A stretch of 64,000 nucleotides of DNA, taken from the NCBI RefSeq assembly GCF_009914755.1, contig NC_060926.1. The stretch is one strand, 5' to 3'. This document shows, piece by piece, positions 26,600 to 41,295 of the stretch. The translations under genes and the position numbers were made by a program. The notes beneath the pieces are model-generated. The model was not told where the DNA came from. It searched no databases and was given only the letters and a program-made list of their open reading frames with translations. Source of the DNA: the human T2T-CHM13v2.0 reference genome, Homo sapiens. Position 1 is the first letter of the stretch. Each line of letters starts with the position of its first letter.

Positions 26600-27820
26600 T
26601 CTTTTAATTTCCATTATTTCTCTCCTGTATCATTTTTAATGACTGAGTGTATTCCATTGAATGCACAATACTGTAATTTATTTAACCAGTCCCCTTTTGC
26701 TTTGCATTTGTCTCTAGTTTTTCTCTAGTTTAACAAACACTGTAATGAATGTCTTCAGTAACAAATCTTTCTGCACACTTGATTTTTCTTAGAATAGAGT
26801 TCCTAGGAGTGGCTATTTGTAGCTCAGAGGGTGCACAGGCTTCCAAGGCTTTGATATTTGATAGGAATCACCGAACTGCCTGCCCTACATTTATATCCCC
26901 ACCAAAAATGGGAAAGTGCCTGTTCCATGCATACTGGCCACCACTGTGAGTTGGGTTTATGTTTCTCATTGCTAATTTGACAGGCAAAGGAACAAAAGGG
27001 GAATCTTCCTGTTTAAAACTGTGTTTGTTTGAATATTAGCCAGGTATGCCATTTTAAAATATGTTTAATGGAAATTTGTTTTTCTTCTTTCATGAGTTCC
27101 CTGATTTTTGGCCTTGGCCTATTTTTCTCTTAAGGTATTTGTCTGCCTTTCCACTGTTTTTTTAAGTCTTTATACAGTAAAGACATTAAGCCTTTGTCTC
27201 TCATGTATCCTGCAAGTATTTTTCTGTTTATTTGCCTTTTTGTTTTGTTTCTGTTATTTTTAACATTGAGTATTTAGTTTTGCTGTAGCCAAATCTTTGT
27301 TATCATACCTTGAAATACATTCCCCAGTTCAAGATTAAACATCTATTCATATTTTCTTCTTGGACATTCAAGTTTAATCCTTATGGAATGAATTTTGGCA
27401 TATACAGTGGATTAGAGAACTAATTTTATTTTTTTAATGATTGGCCAATTTTAGTAACATTTTCTAACTGATTATTGCTGGTATATGAGAAAGCCAATGA
27501 TTTTTATGTATTTATCCTAAAATTGGCAACCTTCCTCAAATTCTTATTCTAATATTCACTTGCTTCTAATTTTTCTAGGTAGAAAATTATATACCTTTCT
27601 TTCTAATATTTATACTTCTTGTCTTATTTTTCTATTTATTTGGCTCTAATTTCTAGACCAATGTTAGATACCAGTGTGGATATCATGGTATTTTCTTTAA
27701 AAAAAAAAAAAAAGAAAAAGAAAAAGAAAGAACGAAAGAAACAAAATTAATCTGGCATTTTCTTCTTTTTGTTTTTAATTTTTATAAAATTAAATTTCTA
27801 TCTTGTGATATTTTGCTGTT
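26600..27820 (-). mobile_element. Old L1M fragments (highly diverged), antisense
   Basis: AT-rich, with L1-like patches (gtattccattgaatg, gttcctaggagtggctatttg, attgctggtatatgagaaagccaatgatttttatg). Confidence 0.55.
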
Positions 27821-28052
27821 GTGACAGCTCTGATGTGTGGGAAGCCTTTGGTTATCTCTCCCTTTATGTGACAGCGAAGCCTTAGGCCCTTAGGCTGATC
27901 TGAGCTGGGCCAATCATGCCTTGGGCCTCTGCTGGTGGTGAGCTTGAGAGGCAAGTCAGGCACAGATTTCCGGAGCATTCTGTGGGCGCCTCCCCCAAGC
28001 CAGGGCCCCACTCTAGTGTCCTCGTGGTGTTTAGAAAAGCCCTCCCACACTT

Positions 28053-28358
<306 letters not shown>

Positions 28359-29055
28359 GAAAAGCCCCACACACTCAACGCTGAGCGTTGCTGGAGGGAC
28401 GCTCTGCTAAATGCCCCCAGACCTGAGGCTGACTTTTGGGCTGTGTGAAGTGATATGATGCTCTTAGAATGCTCTTTACGTTTTTCTGGCCTATAATGTC
28501 AGTTGGAAAAAGTGGCATTGTAAAGTCATAAATCTTTTTGGTTTGGGTGTTTTTGAAGCTGGGGGTTGGGGGAGAGGATGGGGAAAGTGAGGGGTGTGAT
28601 TGCCTCTGGTGGCCCCCACGCTCTACTTGTTCTCCTGGGAGAGGGCGGTTTGGAAGAGGCATGGGAGGAGCTTCCCAGCACAGAGCCCAGCCTGCCCTCC
28701 TTCTGTGTGATCCCACATGGGCTGTCCAGCTCTGTTAGATCAATGCTGCCTCAACTCGGATGGACACCAAACCCTACGGCCCCCTCCGCTCCCGGTGAAG
28801 CAGTTTCTCTGATGATTTCTTAGACCCCACCAGCCTAAAACATCTCTCCCTCTGACCCCAAAAGAGGCCTGTAAGTCCCGAATTGCTGCTTTGTGTTACA
28901 GCATCAGAGGCTCCTTGGAAAGGCGGGTGGTGCACTCAGCTCTGAGGGGCTTCTCCATGAGGCCATCTCTTGGCCATCTCCTCCTTAGCCTGTTCAAGTC
29001 ACACATGGGCCAGCTGGTCTAGCAGAGAACAAATAACGGGGGCAGTTTAGGCTGA

Positions 29056-29528
<473 letters not shown>

Positions 29529-30096
29529 ATCTGTCTCTCTTGACACTTGTTACAGCTGTTTTCTCCTTCCCCCAGGGCTCCTCTCTGGTCACGTCCCACT
29601 GTGAGTCCCCATCTCTCCTCCGTCCTTTTCCTCTTTCTCACCCGCCCTGCCATTCGTCTCTGTGTCTCTTGGTACCTGTGACAGTGTCCTATTTCCTTCC
29701 TCGATGACTGCTCATCTCCCAGTCTCAACCCCCCCGAAAGCCCGCCTTTCCTCCTTGCTGCCTGCCTCTTCCTTTCTCCTTCCATCTGTTTCCACTTTGT
29801 GCATTTATACTTGGTATTGTTTAATATTCCAAAGAATTGAAGAGGGTTACTGAAAGCTTTATGTGCCCATGACTCTAAATAAATGTAGTTGGACTGAGTT
29901 ATTTTTTTGTTCTTGGATGAAGCCAGAATCTTAAAGCCTTTTCTACTTAGCTGAATTTATTTTTATTCCAAATATTTTTATTTCATTAAATAAATAATAG
30001 GAGTTGCATTTTAAAGCCCTAACTCTGTGGTACATTGCCAGGCTTTCCCATATGGGGCTCTTTGCAGCTATAATCAATAGTGTCAGAGAGGGTGCT

Positions 30097-30671
<575 letters not shown>

Positions 30672-31464
30672 GTAAGACCGTGCCGCCCTCCCACACTTGG
30701 CTCCTTCTTGCCCACCCTTGTTTCACTACAGTGGGGTCACCTGACCTTGAAGCCCCTTTTCTAAGAGAGAAAGAGGATCCTCCACAATAGCCTCTGGCCA
30801 GAGAGCTGCTATGTGTGGGCTTTGATTCACCTCATGGGGTCAGTGCTGTGAGCACTGCCTTGGCCAGTTTTGAGTGGCTGGTCCCAGGCCTGGCTGCAAG
30901 TCATCTCACCACGTGGGCAGTGGCAGCAGGGCCCCCTTGTGCACCTTCCCCGTTTTCTCAAGGGACCCCTGCGCCTGGCACCCATGCTTCTCCAACTCCC
31001 CCAAGTGCTGCTGCTCTTTTCTCATGAGCACCAGAGGGGAAGAACCCGTCCCAAGGCAGCATTTTCCCTTCCCACTGCACACGGATTGGAAGGAACCGTT
31101 GCTGGCCATCTGCAAAGTCCTCCTTGGACTCAGGGTTATTGGGCAACTCTTCTGCCTGAGAGGCACCACAGCAAAGGTGTTTTGAGGCTAATTCCAGACC
31201 TACTAATTTCCTTTCCCTTTTCTGTAACTAAAGCACCAGGTTTCTAGTGAGTACGTTTAGGGTAGCTGCTGTGCAGAAAGCATCTTAACACGTGTGTCTT
31301 TAAAACACCTGCTAGCCTGGGGCTGTGTGTGTATGTAGGAGTATTTGCCTATGGCGTGTGTGTCTGCCATTTGTCAGTGCAAGGCCACATGTGCACATTG
31401 GTGAGCTGACCACATGCTTTCATGCTGTAACCACCAGCGTCATCCCATAAGAGTGGCTTCAGTG

Positions 31465-31680
31465 AATGCTTACTGAGTGCTTGTTGTGTGCCAGACACTT
31501 GGAAGTACCTGCTCATTTAATCTTCTCAGCAACACTGGCATATGAAAACCATGAATGGCCCTGCTTTACAGATGAGCAAACAGAGGTGCAGAAAGGTAAC
31601 GTAGCATTCTCAAGGTCCCACAGCCGAGGAGTGGCAGAACCAAGGTTTCAGCGCGGGCCTCTTGGCCCTAGACTCAGCCA
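31465..31680 (-). mobile_element. MIR SINE
   Basis: tactgagtgcttgttgtgtgccagacact...tttacagatgagcaaacagaggtgcagaaaggtaac...caaggtcccacagc. Confidence 0.8.
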
Positions 31681-32329
31681 GCCCTTCACTCTCCTGCTCT
31701 CACACCATATCCTGCCTCTCCACTGTCTCTGGCTAATGAACTGCAGTTTACTCAGCTCAGTGCTGGGCTCCATGTGTCCCCCCTGCCTGACACACTTAAG
31801 GGCTTCAGAGTTGGCACCGAAAGCCCACGGGTGACACGGCCAGCTTTGCCACACCTACCACACAGTGTGCAGATACTTAAAGATGTTTGTTTAAAACATC
31901 TGTCAATTCCCCGTTGCCTGCAGGATAAAGTCCAAATGCTTTAGCTTAGCATTCAAAGCCCTTTGCAGTTAGTCCATAGTCTATTTTGCAGCCTCATCTC
32001 TCATTTCCTCCCCTCTTCCTCAAATATTCGGGACCAGTGGTTCTCGCACATTTAGTTTGAATGTGCTGCCCAGGCCATCTGAGGCCCTCCCACAGCAATG
32101 GCAGATAATTCACACACACACACTCTCCTGTAAGATTCACATCTGCCCTCAACACTTCGCAAGTTTCCATGTATTTGCACATTTGCTTTAGCTTTTCTGT
32201 CCTGGTGCTTAAGACCAAAGAACTTAATGCGCGAATACCACTTACAATGTCGTCCAGAAGTCAGAAATCTGAGCTCTCGGACATTTTTAGCTGGCCAAAC
32301 TTTTTTCTCCAGGCAGAATCTTACTGGGA

Positions 32330-32770
32330 TACCCAACATATACATGAATGTTCATGGAAAGTTCATTACAATGGCCCTAAACAGCATACCACTCAAGTGT
32401 CCATCAACAGTGGGATGGCTGAGGAAAATGCAGTATATCCATACAATGGAACGCTCTCCCACCATGCATGTGAACAAAAGAGTAATGGCTTTAAGGGCAT
32501 AGGCAAATCTCCAAGTGAAATTTTTGAAAGAAGCCAGACATAAAAGTAAATGCCGTATGGGTTTTTTTAGGAGGTTCAAAAGCAGACAGAACTCCTCTGT
32601 TGTGACAGAAGTCAGAGCAGTAGTGACCTTGGGGATTCTGACTGGAAGAGGTAAGGAGGTTCTGGGCTGCAGAAAGGTTTCGTGTCCTGATCTCGGGAGA
32701 GCTGCACAGATTATGCTGCTGTAAAATGGTGTCCAGTTAAGCTTTACACACTTCTAACTGCAATTTCAAA
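32330..32770 (+). mobile_element. Old L1M (L1ME-like) 3' fragment
   Basis: atgaatgttcat...caagtgtccatcaacagtgg...tatatccatacaatggaa...gaaagaagccagacataaaag...gaagtcagagcagtagtgaccttgggg. Confidence 0.7.
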
Positions 32771-35700
32771 AGCTAAGAGCAAATCTTAAAGGACAGGTAA
32801 GATCTTACCAAGGCAGCTGACAGTAGCGGAGGTGGCTGAAGGCTGCGTTGGGCCCCTCAGCCCCTCCTCTGGAAGAAGCTGTCAGGCACCATTGGGAGTC
32901 CGCAAGCAGGTGCAGGCCCGAGACCCAGTCCAGCAGGCTCTCTGTCATCTCTTCCTGGTTCCACAGGCACACTCAGAGACAAACTGGGGAGTCAGCCGCA
33001 TCTGTGCCTTCCTGCAGCATGACTGCCTGTGGGTCTGAAAAGCCACCTTAAAGCCCTCCTCCCTCAGGGCCATGAGGAGGGCTCCATAGCCCCACCTGCC
33101 CCCACACCCCCTCACAGGTTCTGCCTCCACTCTTGGGCACAGTCCCTTCCACCCACCTGGATAGGAAGCCCTGGACTGTCCTTCAGGCTCAGAGACACAG
33201 ACCTCCTCCCAAGCATCCTTGGGCAGGGGGCCCCACTGCCCCTCTTGCCCCTTTCTGAGATGGCTGCCCATGCAGTACTGGGCTCCACGCCACACACCCA
33301 TAGCCTGGCAGCCTCAGCTCTGATACAGGCTCCCGGACTCTCAGCAGCCACTGAAGACCAGCCTGAACAGGTGTTTCCTGGGACTTTTCATTCTTTATGT
33401 ACTGACTGCTTGCACGCCACACACCACATGGATCCTGGTGGATCGGAAAGTCCTGGTTTGGCCCAAACTGCTTCCCTCTGGGAGGCCGCACAGGCATTTG
33501 AGGTGGGAACTTGGGTGTTTGCAGGGTTCCTGAGAGAGTCAGACCCACCTGCCAGGAGGGAGCCTGGAGCTTCCATCTTGGGCTACTGCACAGGCAGCCG
33601 GCACAGTCCCGGTGATGCTTGTCCCCTGGTGCAAGAAGGAATGTAGCAGACCCGTCACCTCACACTAAGAGGATATCTTCTTTCATGCTCACGTAAGCTT
33701 GGATTGCATGAAGGTCTCCTCCACAGCCGCTCCAGCCGGGATCTGCAGGCACCTGGCAGGGTTCTACCCAGCGCACAGCTGCCCTATGGGGTTCACCGAG
33801 GGACTCTCACCTCGCCTGGCCTCACCTGGCCTCAGCTTCCCATCAGCGCAGCTCAGGCCATGATGCTAAGCCCACGGTGGACCTCACAAAGTAAACGAGA
33901 GTGTGCCCTGCACAGTGCTCTCCCTCCGTGGTTGTGTCTCCACCAGGGCCTGCCAGTGGCACAGTGAGCTGAAGGGCACACACCTGGCCTGGAGCCAGCC
34001 TGGCCTTGCACTGCTTCAGCTGCTTTCAGAGGAGGTGGACCCCGCCCTGGACATACGTACATTTCCCTCTGCTGTTCTATAGAAATAATCGTCTCTCCAC
34101 AGCCCCTGGCACCCACCTGCCACAGGCATTCACCCATGAGCTGGGCTTGCTGCCCCTGGGCACTGACCCCATCTGTGCTGTGCTCACCGGAGATACCTCA
34201 CTCCCTGCCCAGCTCTTCTTCCCATGGCTCCAGCCACCGTCCCATGCCCTGGAACCTGCCTCCTTGTCCTTTTCGCCCATCGTTTTGCAAAAGGAAGTGA
34301 GAAACTCTCCTGCGGCCGTCCCCACGCCAGGACCCAGGGCACGTCTCCCTGACACCTGTTCATCAGATGCCAGCTGGACAGCGCCCCTTGCCAGGAGCCT
34401 AGGCTGACCCTGCCCCAGTGTCCACTCGGGCACAGAGAGGAGTGGGCCTGGCCTCTCACCCTCTGGAACTCTAGTCTAGCGGATGGGACAAGAACTAAAT
34501 CCAAACACTCCACCGGGCCTTCCTTCTGGGTCTTTAGCCCTTGAGGTTTTTCAGAATTTCAGAAGGCGCTTGTTCTAAGGGGAGTGAGGATGAGCCAGTC
34601 TGAGGAATTCCTCCTCCCCAGTGGGCCAGGGCAGAGTGAACTCACAGGAGGATGGCAGGCGAGGGACTCCGTCATCCAGAGTTCTGCCCTCTCTGTGGCA
34701 TGAGTGCCGGGGCTGAGCACCCCTGCAGCCCCCCTCTCTTTCTGCACAGGGTCCAAGTTGACCTGCTTGGGGTCAGGCCTCGGCCCAGCCCTCAGCTGTT
34801 GAGAACAGGGCCCATTCCTCATAGGCCCTGATGGCAGGACCATGAGCAGCCCATGGGCAGTTCAGGGCGATGCGGGCTTCAGAGCAGACCTGGCTGGGCC
34901 CAGCTTGTCCTACATCACCTGCACATTGGGGGCATGGCCTGTGGTCACCCCCTTTACCTTCCTGAGCCTCAGTTTCCCCCTTCAAACAAGGGCAGTGGCA
35001 GACGTCATGGGCTAGCCATGGGGCATAGAGAAGATAAGAACACACAGGCTGGGCTGGCTGGGGTAGGCAGAGAGCACTGTCCTGTGCTGGTGGTGGTGGT
35101 GTAAATGTTTGTGGAGTGAAAGCTGCTCCTCGGTCCATTGCTGTGTTGATTGAAGATCACTGTGTCATTCCTGAGCACTGAACACATTTGGCCTGGTTAG
35201 CTGAATGGGTTTGAAGGCAGGGCAGTTTCCTGCCTGGGTGAGGTTTGCAGTTGGATGATGTCAACAATACCAGGACACAGGTCCACGGTGTGGACGCTTA
35301 GGAGAGGCAGCCCTCTTGGAAGCTGTCTTTAAGGAGCATTGTCAGGAAAGGAATCAGCTCGGGTTGGAGAGACTTGGGGGCGGGACACAGGCTGCCTCTG
35401 GCTGCTCACACAGAGCCTGGGTGGGTGGCTTGCATGGAGACTTAGAAGGCATGTTAGCAAATACGCCAGTGATTCTCGTCTGCGAGGAAAACCTCTCCAT
35501 GGGGCCAGGATCGTGATCCAAAAATAGTTCAAAAAAATGATGAAAGACAGTAGACACAAGTGTCAAGCTCTGCCTCCACATTGACAACATCGGTTGTCCA
35601 GGTAGAGTAATGGGGAGACCCAGATCTCAAGGAACCAACTGAAAAAGACCCCCCAGAGATAGTGCTTTACTTATCCTCAATAGGATATTCAGAAATTGGC

Positions 35701-37479
35701 TGCTCCCTGTGTTGCTGGTGTGTGCGTGAGTGGTCACCTAGGTAGACCCTCATGCCCTCACCCCACACGTACATGTGGTGGCATCCCAAGGATCCTTAGA
35801 GACAGCCAGCATCTCAGCATCTCTGACAGTAAAGGGCGGGGAGGAAGAACCCCTTCCTTTGTTCCCCTAAGTTTCCATGGTGAACAGTGACCATCCTGTG
35901 CCTAGATAGACCCTAGTCTGCAATGTGAGGACAGACAGAGATGGGGTGCGGAGCACCTGTCCCGGCAGCCAGCACATACCCCAGACAGGTCTGCTTAGGA
36001 AGGAACAGAGAGCCGCTCAGAGTCCGGGCTATTTTGCTGCCTTTGGATTTGGCTTGGGCTGAAAAAATAGGTGCCTTTCCCTGGGGGGAGGTCTAGAATT
36101 CAATCAGAGCTGTAACTGTTTATTCTTGGCGTTTCCCATTGATTGTCTGTTTCTAATTGAGCAGCTTTTCAGGGGCATGTGATGGGTGCACACTCCTCTC
36201 CACTTGGCTAATAAGAAGTGTGAAGCCTGAGGGTGCTGGACCTCCGTGGGCCAGCGGGGCGTTGGTCTGTGTGGGGAGATGCTGGAGCACGTGGTGAGCA
36301 ATGGGTCACAGATGAGAGGTGGAGGTGGGGCCCAGCTGCTGATGATGAGCCTCCTAGTCATCCCAGTGTCTGCTAACCCAGAAAAAGGCCATAGCGTCAG
36401 TGGCTGTGGTAGGATAACCCTAGGATCCGGGGAAGAAGCAGAGCTGGAGGGGGCAGAAGATTCAGACTCTGTGACGCCAGACCCAAGCCTCTGTCTGCTG
36501 TCAGGATGCTTGTGCCTTAGTTGGTTGTTGAATTAATATGGTGTGGTGTTTGGGAAAATTGTGGATGGAATGCTGTTTATAGATCCTGGAAAAAATAATG
36601 GCAGCCAACATGAAAATCTTTATTTAGTGAAATAATATAATACCCAGAAAAATAGCAGGAGTTCCTGCTGATGGCCATTTCCCGTTTGAGAGTGCTTATC
36701 TTCAGCACAATGATGATAGCGTGCCTCATCAGACCACTGGGTTCTAAGCCTTGGTTGATGCAGCAACATCAAGCTCAGTTCCTCCTGCTCCTGTAGCACC
36801 GGTGCCTCCTTGTCACTTTATCTTTTACAAAGAGAGGCTATTATTTTGAACCTCTGCCTCTTAAGTATGCTCTTGAGACGTTTGGTGGTGACTTAAAGGC
36901 ACAACGACAGCTCTCATTGGGAGCGGATAGCTCGGGCATTGTTGTTAATTGTGCACACTCCGCGTTCTGCACTACCTCAAAGTAGTGAGCAGCTCCGCCG
37001 TGTTGGATTTGCCATTTTACCTTGGTCTTGTGGGTTTTCGGCCCTTGCCTGGGCCAGGCGGGATGTGTTCAGGGAGGAAGAGGGGAAGGGTGTGACTTCC
37101 CATGAGAGCCACAAGGGAAGTATCCCAGGTGCTGAACTGAGGCTCCTCTCTCCTCCGCAGCACCTCCAGACCTGTCTGATCCTGTGGTCCGGGTGGGTTC
37201 ACCCACCGGCTTGCACTCTGGGTCAGGGAGCTGGCTCATATTCACAGTCCTGGTCTCTGCCTTCCCTCCTCCTTCCAAAGACCCCCTCAGCTTCTCTAAG
37301 AGAAACCCAGCATGCCAAGAACCACATAGGCAGTGGGAGAGGGATGGAAGGATGGGGGCTCTAGTTCTCAACTCCCAGTTGACTTTATGCACCCCCACCT
37401 GAGACGGGGTTGGAACACCTCCGACTCTTAATCTTGCCTATGAACTAGAGGCTGCATGGGCTTATGGAGCTGTGTGATG

Positions 37480-38210
37480 CTTCTGAGGCACCCTCCTTTT
37501 TCTTTGCATGCCTGGTAATTTTCAGCTGGTTACTGACTTTGTGAATTTTACTGTTTGAGGTATTGGACATCTTGGCATTCCTGCAGATGTTCTTGAGCTT
37601 TGATTTTTGTTAAATTGCTTAGACTCAGTTTGGTGTTTTTGAGGCTCGCTTTGAGGCTTTGTTAGGCAGGGCCAGGGAAGCCTTTCATGTGGGGCTAATT
37701 TCTCTACTGCTGAGGCTATAACCTTCTCTACTCCATGCCCCATGACTTATGAGGCTTCCACTCTGGAAGTTGGAAATGAAAACTATTCCTGGCTTTATGT
37801 GACCTCAGAGATTGCTCTGCCTTCTCCTTGTGGGCAGTTCTTTCCCCAGTGCTGGATAGTTCCCTCATATGAATGCCCTGATCAGCTCTCAGCTGAAGAC
37901 TCCAGGGGACTTTCTGCAGATCTCCAGGACTGTCTCTCTCTACAGCTCCCTCCTCTCCAGAACTCTGGCCTGCATCCTGTAGCCACTGTGGCTCCCCAGA
38001 TCCAGAACTCTGTCTTCTCAATGCAGGGAGAGGCTAGAGAACCCAGAGACAGTAACAGAGCCCATGTTATGGGCTCCGCCGCTCTTGGTGATTGCTGTCC
38101 TGTGCGTTCTGCTGTCCCATATCTGCAAATCTTGTTTCACAGATTTGTTTTCAGTGTCTGGAGCAGGAGGGTAAAAATGTTACCCATCATTTCACCTTGG
38201 CTAAGCAGAT
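37480..38210 (-). mobile_element. Probable old L1M 5'-region fragment
   Basis: ctcagctgaagactccaggggactttctgcagatctccagg resembles ancient L1M 5' regions, and the flank resembles the 23400-23600 part of the large L1. Confidence 0.4.
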
Positions 38211-40641
38211 GTTAGCCAGTGATGCTTTAGGAATTTTGAAATAAGGGTCAGAGGTTCCCCAGGGCTCAATCTCTCCAGCTTCAGTGCCAAAGTAATAATC
38301 CAGGACTTTTCCTTAGATGAGGAACTGGAAAACGCCTTTAAAGTCATGGTTTACCATGGAGATGGGTTACAACCAAACGCCAAAGCCCGTCCCGTGGTCC
38401 CACTCTCCAGGCGAGCCCCTCGCATGTTTGTTTCACTGCTGGTGTTCCCTACACTTCTGCTGACAGATGTGGCCGCTGCTTCTAAGAGTCAGGACACCCT
38501 GATGATGCCACATCAGAAGGGATGTGAAAGTATGAAGGAAAAATACTCAGGGATGTCTGCCAGGGAACGCTGGGGAAGATGCAGTTTTGTTTGAAGTTTC
38601 ATTTTATTTTTCTTGCTTTTCGTCATCCTCTGTTTTTACAAGCTCCTGCCGCAGCGACAGCCTGTGGAAGGGATCCCCCAGCCTTAGTGTGGATGCCAAT
38701 CCTGCTTGCATTTCTGTGTCAGTGTGGACTGTGCCTCCAGGAACACTTTGTAAAGCCCTCCTGCAGGTGAAGCCCGGTCATTGCCAAGAACACTGGGCAG
38801 GAAAGCCAGAAGCGAGGACCAGAAGGCAGGGACCAGGAAGCACCCAATGGCGTGTCTCCTGGAGTGTGATGTTGTGTCTATGTCTGAACAGAGTGGTCCA
38901 GGAGGCAAATTCTTAGACCTATCAGGGAGAATAAGCAGTGGTCTTGCCTTCACCAGTAACCCACTGTTTCCCTTACCTTTCAATTGGATTAACGACATAA
39001 AGAAATAAATGAGTGTAAAGAAATGAGACAAGACTACATAAGAGGGAGACTCCAGTCGCATTCATGGTTGGGGTCTGTACATTTTCTTGCCGGGATCTGA
39101 CTGCCAAGGCGTGATCCACACATACATGGGTGTTCATTGTAGTTTGGGTTTGTTTGTCTCCAGCAAAAATAGGTAGGTGCCTAGGTACCGGCTCGCCCTG
39201 ATTTCTCTCTTCTTAAGTCTTTTTGAGGTCTTCGTGAAATTAACATCTTATAATAGAATATCTTACATTCCATTGCTGCTGGGAGTCTTGTTGCTGTGAT
39301 TGTTTTGTCTCCCTAAGCCCCTTTGAGGCCAGACCTGTAACTCACAGTTGCTTCCCTTCTGGGTCCTGGCACAGGGTGGGGCCCAGGTGCTAGCTACCCT
39401 GTGCACCTGTGCAATGTTATTGGGTTGTGGTTCAGTGTTTTACAGAGCTCATCAAGCATGGGGAATGCCCCACTGACCATCTCTAAATGGGTCTAAGCTG
39501 GGAAGCTTGCAGCAGTTCTTGTATATCTGTGGCAAGACAGCTTAGTAAGTTTTTGTGAAGCCCCTTGTCCTCGCTGCCAGCCTCCCTGGGAGCTTCTGTG
39601 GGGACAGTGAGTAGCCCTGACCGCAGCCTGAGTGGCTCAGTCATCACTGGGGCCACAGCCCACCTTAAATGTTGTCAGGGCCTGGCGAAGGGGCACATGG
39701 AGCCTTGTGCCATAGTTCCTGAGGTTTGATCTCACCCTGCCCACCTTAGCCAGGCAATCCCTGCCCACCAGGTGCCCCCCACCACCTGCATAGGCAGACA
39801 TCAAACTTTTTAGATTCCTCCCAAGACCTCGATGCTGGAGAGCCAGACACTAATTCAGGGCCTTTGGAGGCCCCAGCAGGGCACGCACTGGTCCTCAGCA
39901 CCAGTGCACTCAGCCTTGCCAGAAAGAAGCTGCATGCATGTAGACCAGCAGGAGTCGTTGCTGATTGCCGACTGTTTTGGTAACTAAAATGGACTACCTG
40001 TGTTGGCTTTAAGCAGTAGTTGTGAAATTGTGTGTCAGGAAGAGGGCTTCCTCCACGGGTCTACCAAGTGGTCTACCACTTGCTGAGTGCAGAGCCTTGT
40101 CCTGGTCTGGATGCGACGATGGAAGGCTTAAGTGAGTCATCTCCTGAAGAGACTACTCAGGACTGGAAGTGTGTCAGCCTAGGGGCAGCTGAACACCCAG
40201 GTGGCCCTGGAGCAGGCTGCTGGAGCGTCTGGCCTGCAGCCGGTGGAAGTAACTGAGCTCCAATCTTGTGTCCAGACTGCTTCTCCCCTAGGCTCCAGCT
40301 GTTTTTCTGCTTCTCCTGTCACTCATATGGACAGTGCACTTTCCACTGAGCAGGTCAATGGCGGGGTTACTTTTACACCTAACTTTAGCTCCTCTCTGGG
40401 CCCTGCTGGTCTCAGCACGCACACCCACCCAATCCTACGGAGACAGAGTTCTCACACCTACCCTCCGCAGGGCATCTTGGGCCATCCACGTCCACCTGCC
40501 CTCCCTTCAGCGTGGCCATCACGGTGCCCTGACTCAGCTTCCAGTCCCCCGGGCTTCCATGTTCTTGTCTTCCCTTTCACTTCTACCTTTCCTGCTTGAG
40601 TAAGTTAGGCTGTGGCTCGCAAACTTCAGTGAGCATTTGAG

Positions 40642-41295
40642 TGTTGTCAGAAGGCCCCCAGGATGGCTAAATAGTAGAAAGGACAGCTTTACTGGTGACA
40701 TCAGTTTGCAAGCCAGGAATAGATAGTCTCTGACATGGAACGAAGGTGCTCTCGCTTCGCAGAAGGGGAAGGGCAGTTGGATTTTATGGCTCGCAGGGTC
40801 TGTGTTACATAGTAGAATCAGACATGTTTAGCAGGTTTGGGGGAAAGCTGTGCATGTTTATAAGGGGAGCTGAGTGCATGTGCAATGGGCAAACATGTAC
40901 GTAACACACATCTCATGTCACTTTAGGGTGGGGTTTCAGCATTAAAATGAGGTGGAATTTGGCTCTTTCCATCAACAGGTGAACTATAGGACACAAAGAC
41001 AGCCTGTGCACAGCCTCCATAAGTTGCTGAAACTGGCTTGAGGTCTGCAGTTGCTTATGAGAAAGGGGTGTTTGTAAGGGCTGTCCTCTGTCCCATCAGA
41101 GTTGCAGTGGTCTGGGTTATAAATCAGAGGGGTCTGATAGCACCTATTGTTAGGGAGTTTAGCAAGAGTGTGGCTTTCTTTGTAGCCCAGGAATTTAGGA
41201 AGTTACCATGCCAGCACATAGGTAACTTTGTTTCCTTAACCATAGGGTCTGTCTTAGTTGCTGAAGGGACATCTGTTTTGGTCTCAGATAACACA
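40642..41295 (-). mobile_element. Solo LTR, MER39-type (ERV1 class)
   Basis: The reverse complement begins tgtgttatctgagaccaaaacagatgtcccttcagcaactaagacagaccctatggttaaggaaacaaagttacc (as I recall the MER39 5' end) and ends ...ctgacaaca, giving TG...CA termini. About 650 bp; no clear TSD. Confidence 0.75.

Noticed and set aside
33029-33646. 205 aa plus-strand ORF, and similar ORFs at 52621-53163 and 61372-62016
   Set aside because: No motifs, no codon or CpG signature like the true exons, and no convincing exon boundaries. Expected by chance at this GC content.
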